Of a DNA stretch of 64,000 nt, positions 63,297 to 64,000 are shown piece after piece. Positions within the stretch are counted from its first letter, which is position 1, and each line of letters begins with the position of its first letter. A model generated the notes under the pieces. That model worked only from the letters and a program-made list of their open reading frames with translations. It was not told the DNA's origin and ran no database searches. The stretch is from Chloroflexota bacterium (GTDB taxonomy: Bacteria > Chloroflexota > Anaerolineae > Anaerolineales > UBA11579), in NCBI GenBank assembly GCA_013112575.1, contig JABFGG010000005.1, positions 149,497 through 213,496 on the forward strand, given 5' to 3'. A program made the position numbers and the translations under genes.

Positions 63297-64000
63297 TTAT
63301 CCGTACGTGCTAATACTGGCCCAGGTTTGCTGCTCAAGCTGCATGTTTAGCAATTGAGCTTGAATCCGGGCATATTGCAATACCAGGTTTTCTTGACGAT
63401 ACTCCAGGCGTTCGGTGAGATCGGTAATATCGTAGTCAATTTCCTTTTTCTCATTATCCAAACTATCGACAGAGTTATCGATAACTCCATCTGTACCCGT
63501 AAAGCGGTTCAGCAGTTGATCCATGCTATTGGCAAAAGAATCAAACAGGCTGGTAATTTCATTTAATTCATCTTCAAGCAATCCATCCAGAAGTGTTTCA
63601 TCAGAGATCGTCATTTGGAGCGAATCGTCCATAGTGATGCCGACCTCTCGTAAACTCTGGTAACTGCCGTCATTGCTGCTATCCGACATAGCTATGCGAA
63701 AGAGATCACTGCGCAATTGACTGAAGATCGAATTGTTTGCCAATGGGCCGCGTGAGTAACTCACCTCCCCATTGGTCGTGGTTTCTGTAATCGAAGTCTT
63801 TAATTGTAGGTAATTCACAGTGCTGTTGAATTTCTGAATAAAACCCTCGATGGCTGTTTTACCCGCCGAGGTATCTTCATCGATCTTCAGTGTGGCCGTC
63901 TCGCCTTCTGCGTCATCGCTCAGGTTCAGGGTCACACCTGTGATCACATCGTCCAGGCCTGTATTGCTGCTGCGTGTCACAGTCACGCCATTGACTTCAA
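63297..64000 (-). CDS. fliD: flagellar filament cap protein FliD, C-terminal part (gene continues beyond the window end)
   Basis: C-terminal RLEYRQENLVLQYARIQAQLLNMQLEQQTWASIS. The reading frame stays open to the window edge. Confidence 0.85.
   Translation of the reverse strand, partial: EVNGVTVTRSSNTGLDDVITGVTLNLSDDAEGETATLKIDEDTSAGKTAIEGFIQKFNSTVNYLQLKTSITETTTNGEVSYSRGPLANNSIFSQLRSDLFRIAMSDSSNDGSYQSLREVGITMDDSLQMTISDETLLDGLLEDELNEITSLFDSFANSMDQLLNRFTGTDGVIDNSVDSLDNEKKEIDYDITDLTERLEYRQENLVLQYARIQAQLLNMQLEQQTWASISTYG

Noticed and set aside
1-64000. CRISPR arrays, tRNA/rRNA genes, IS elements, integrases, prophage or defence-system genes.
   Set aside because: - I found no regularly spaced direct repeats, no cloverleaf-like or rRNA-like segments, and no transposase, integrase or nuclease-type ORFs in the track.
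- The only repeats seen are short regulatory-scale inverted or direct repeats.

Overview
This 64-kb window comes from a bacterial chromosome of moderate GC content, with no rRNA, tRNA, CRISPR array, transposase or integrase that I can see.

**Left part (1-31.3 kb), housekeeping and accessory genes**
- An Fe-S-themed block: RicT/PSP1, Mrp/ApbC, a Cys4 protein, a stand-alone iscX-like-nuoB-nuoCD-nuoI operon, and a divergent SufR-like regulator.
- Two tandem paralogous membrane proteins with a CAP/SCP + LysM ectodomain and a cytoplasmic APH-fold kinase domain.
- azlCD, an ArsR-SRPBCC-VOC operon, and a TroABCD-type metal ABC importer whose two permeases carry C-terminal DtxR-like winged-helix (wHTH) domains.
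- mobA, a formate/nitrite transporter, a c-di-GMP operon (GGDEF-PilZ-unknown-membrane M28 peptidase), and an OmpR-type two-component pair.

**Right half (31.3-64 kb), one flagellar supercluster in two convergent arms**
- Plus arm: flbD-motAB-fliLMNOPQ-[HDOD + pseudo-receiver]-fliR-flhBAF-[2-TM protein]-fliA-[HTH protein]-flgFG-flgMNKL-csrA.
- Minus arm: fliD-flaG-fliS, then flgC-fliEFGHIJ-slt-flgB-fliK-flgD-flgE, then a fliK-like/flhB-C-like pair.
- No L/P-ring genes (flgH/I/A), flhG, fliW, flagellin or che genes lie in the window.
- The gene content suggests a monoderm-type lineage, possibly Chloroflexota-like. This is inference only and cannot be verified without a database search.

**Most interesting candidates**
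- The CAP-LysM-TM-kinase/pseudokinase pair.
- The orphan complex-I Q-module translationally coupled to an IscX-like gene.
- The permease-tethered DtxR-like domains with a matching palindromic operator.
- The non-canonical inserts inside the flagellar core operon.

All calls rest on reading the supplied translations and the DNA; no searches were run.
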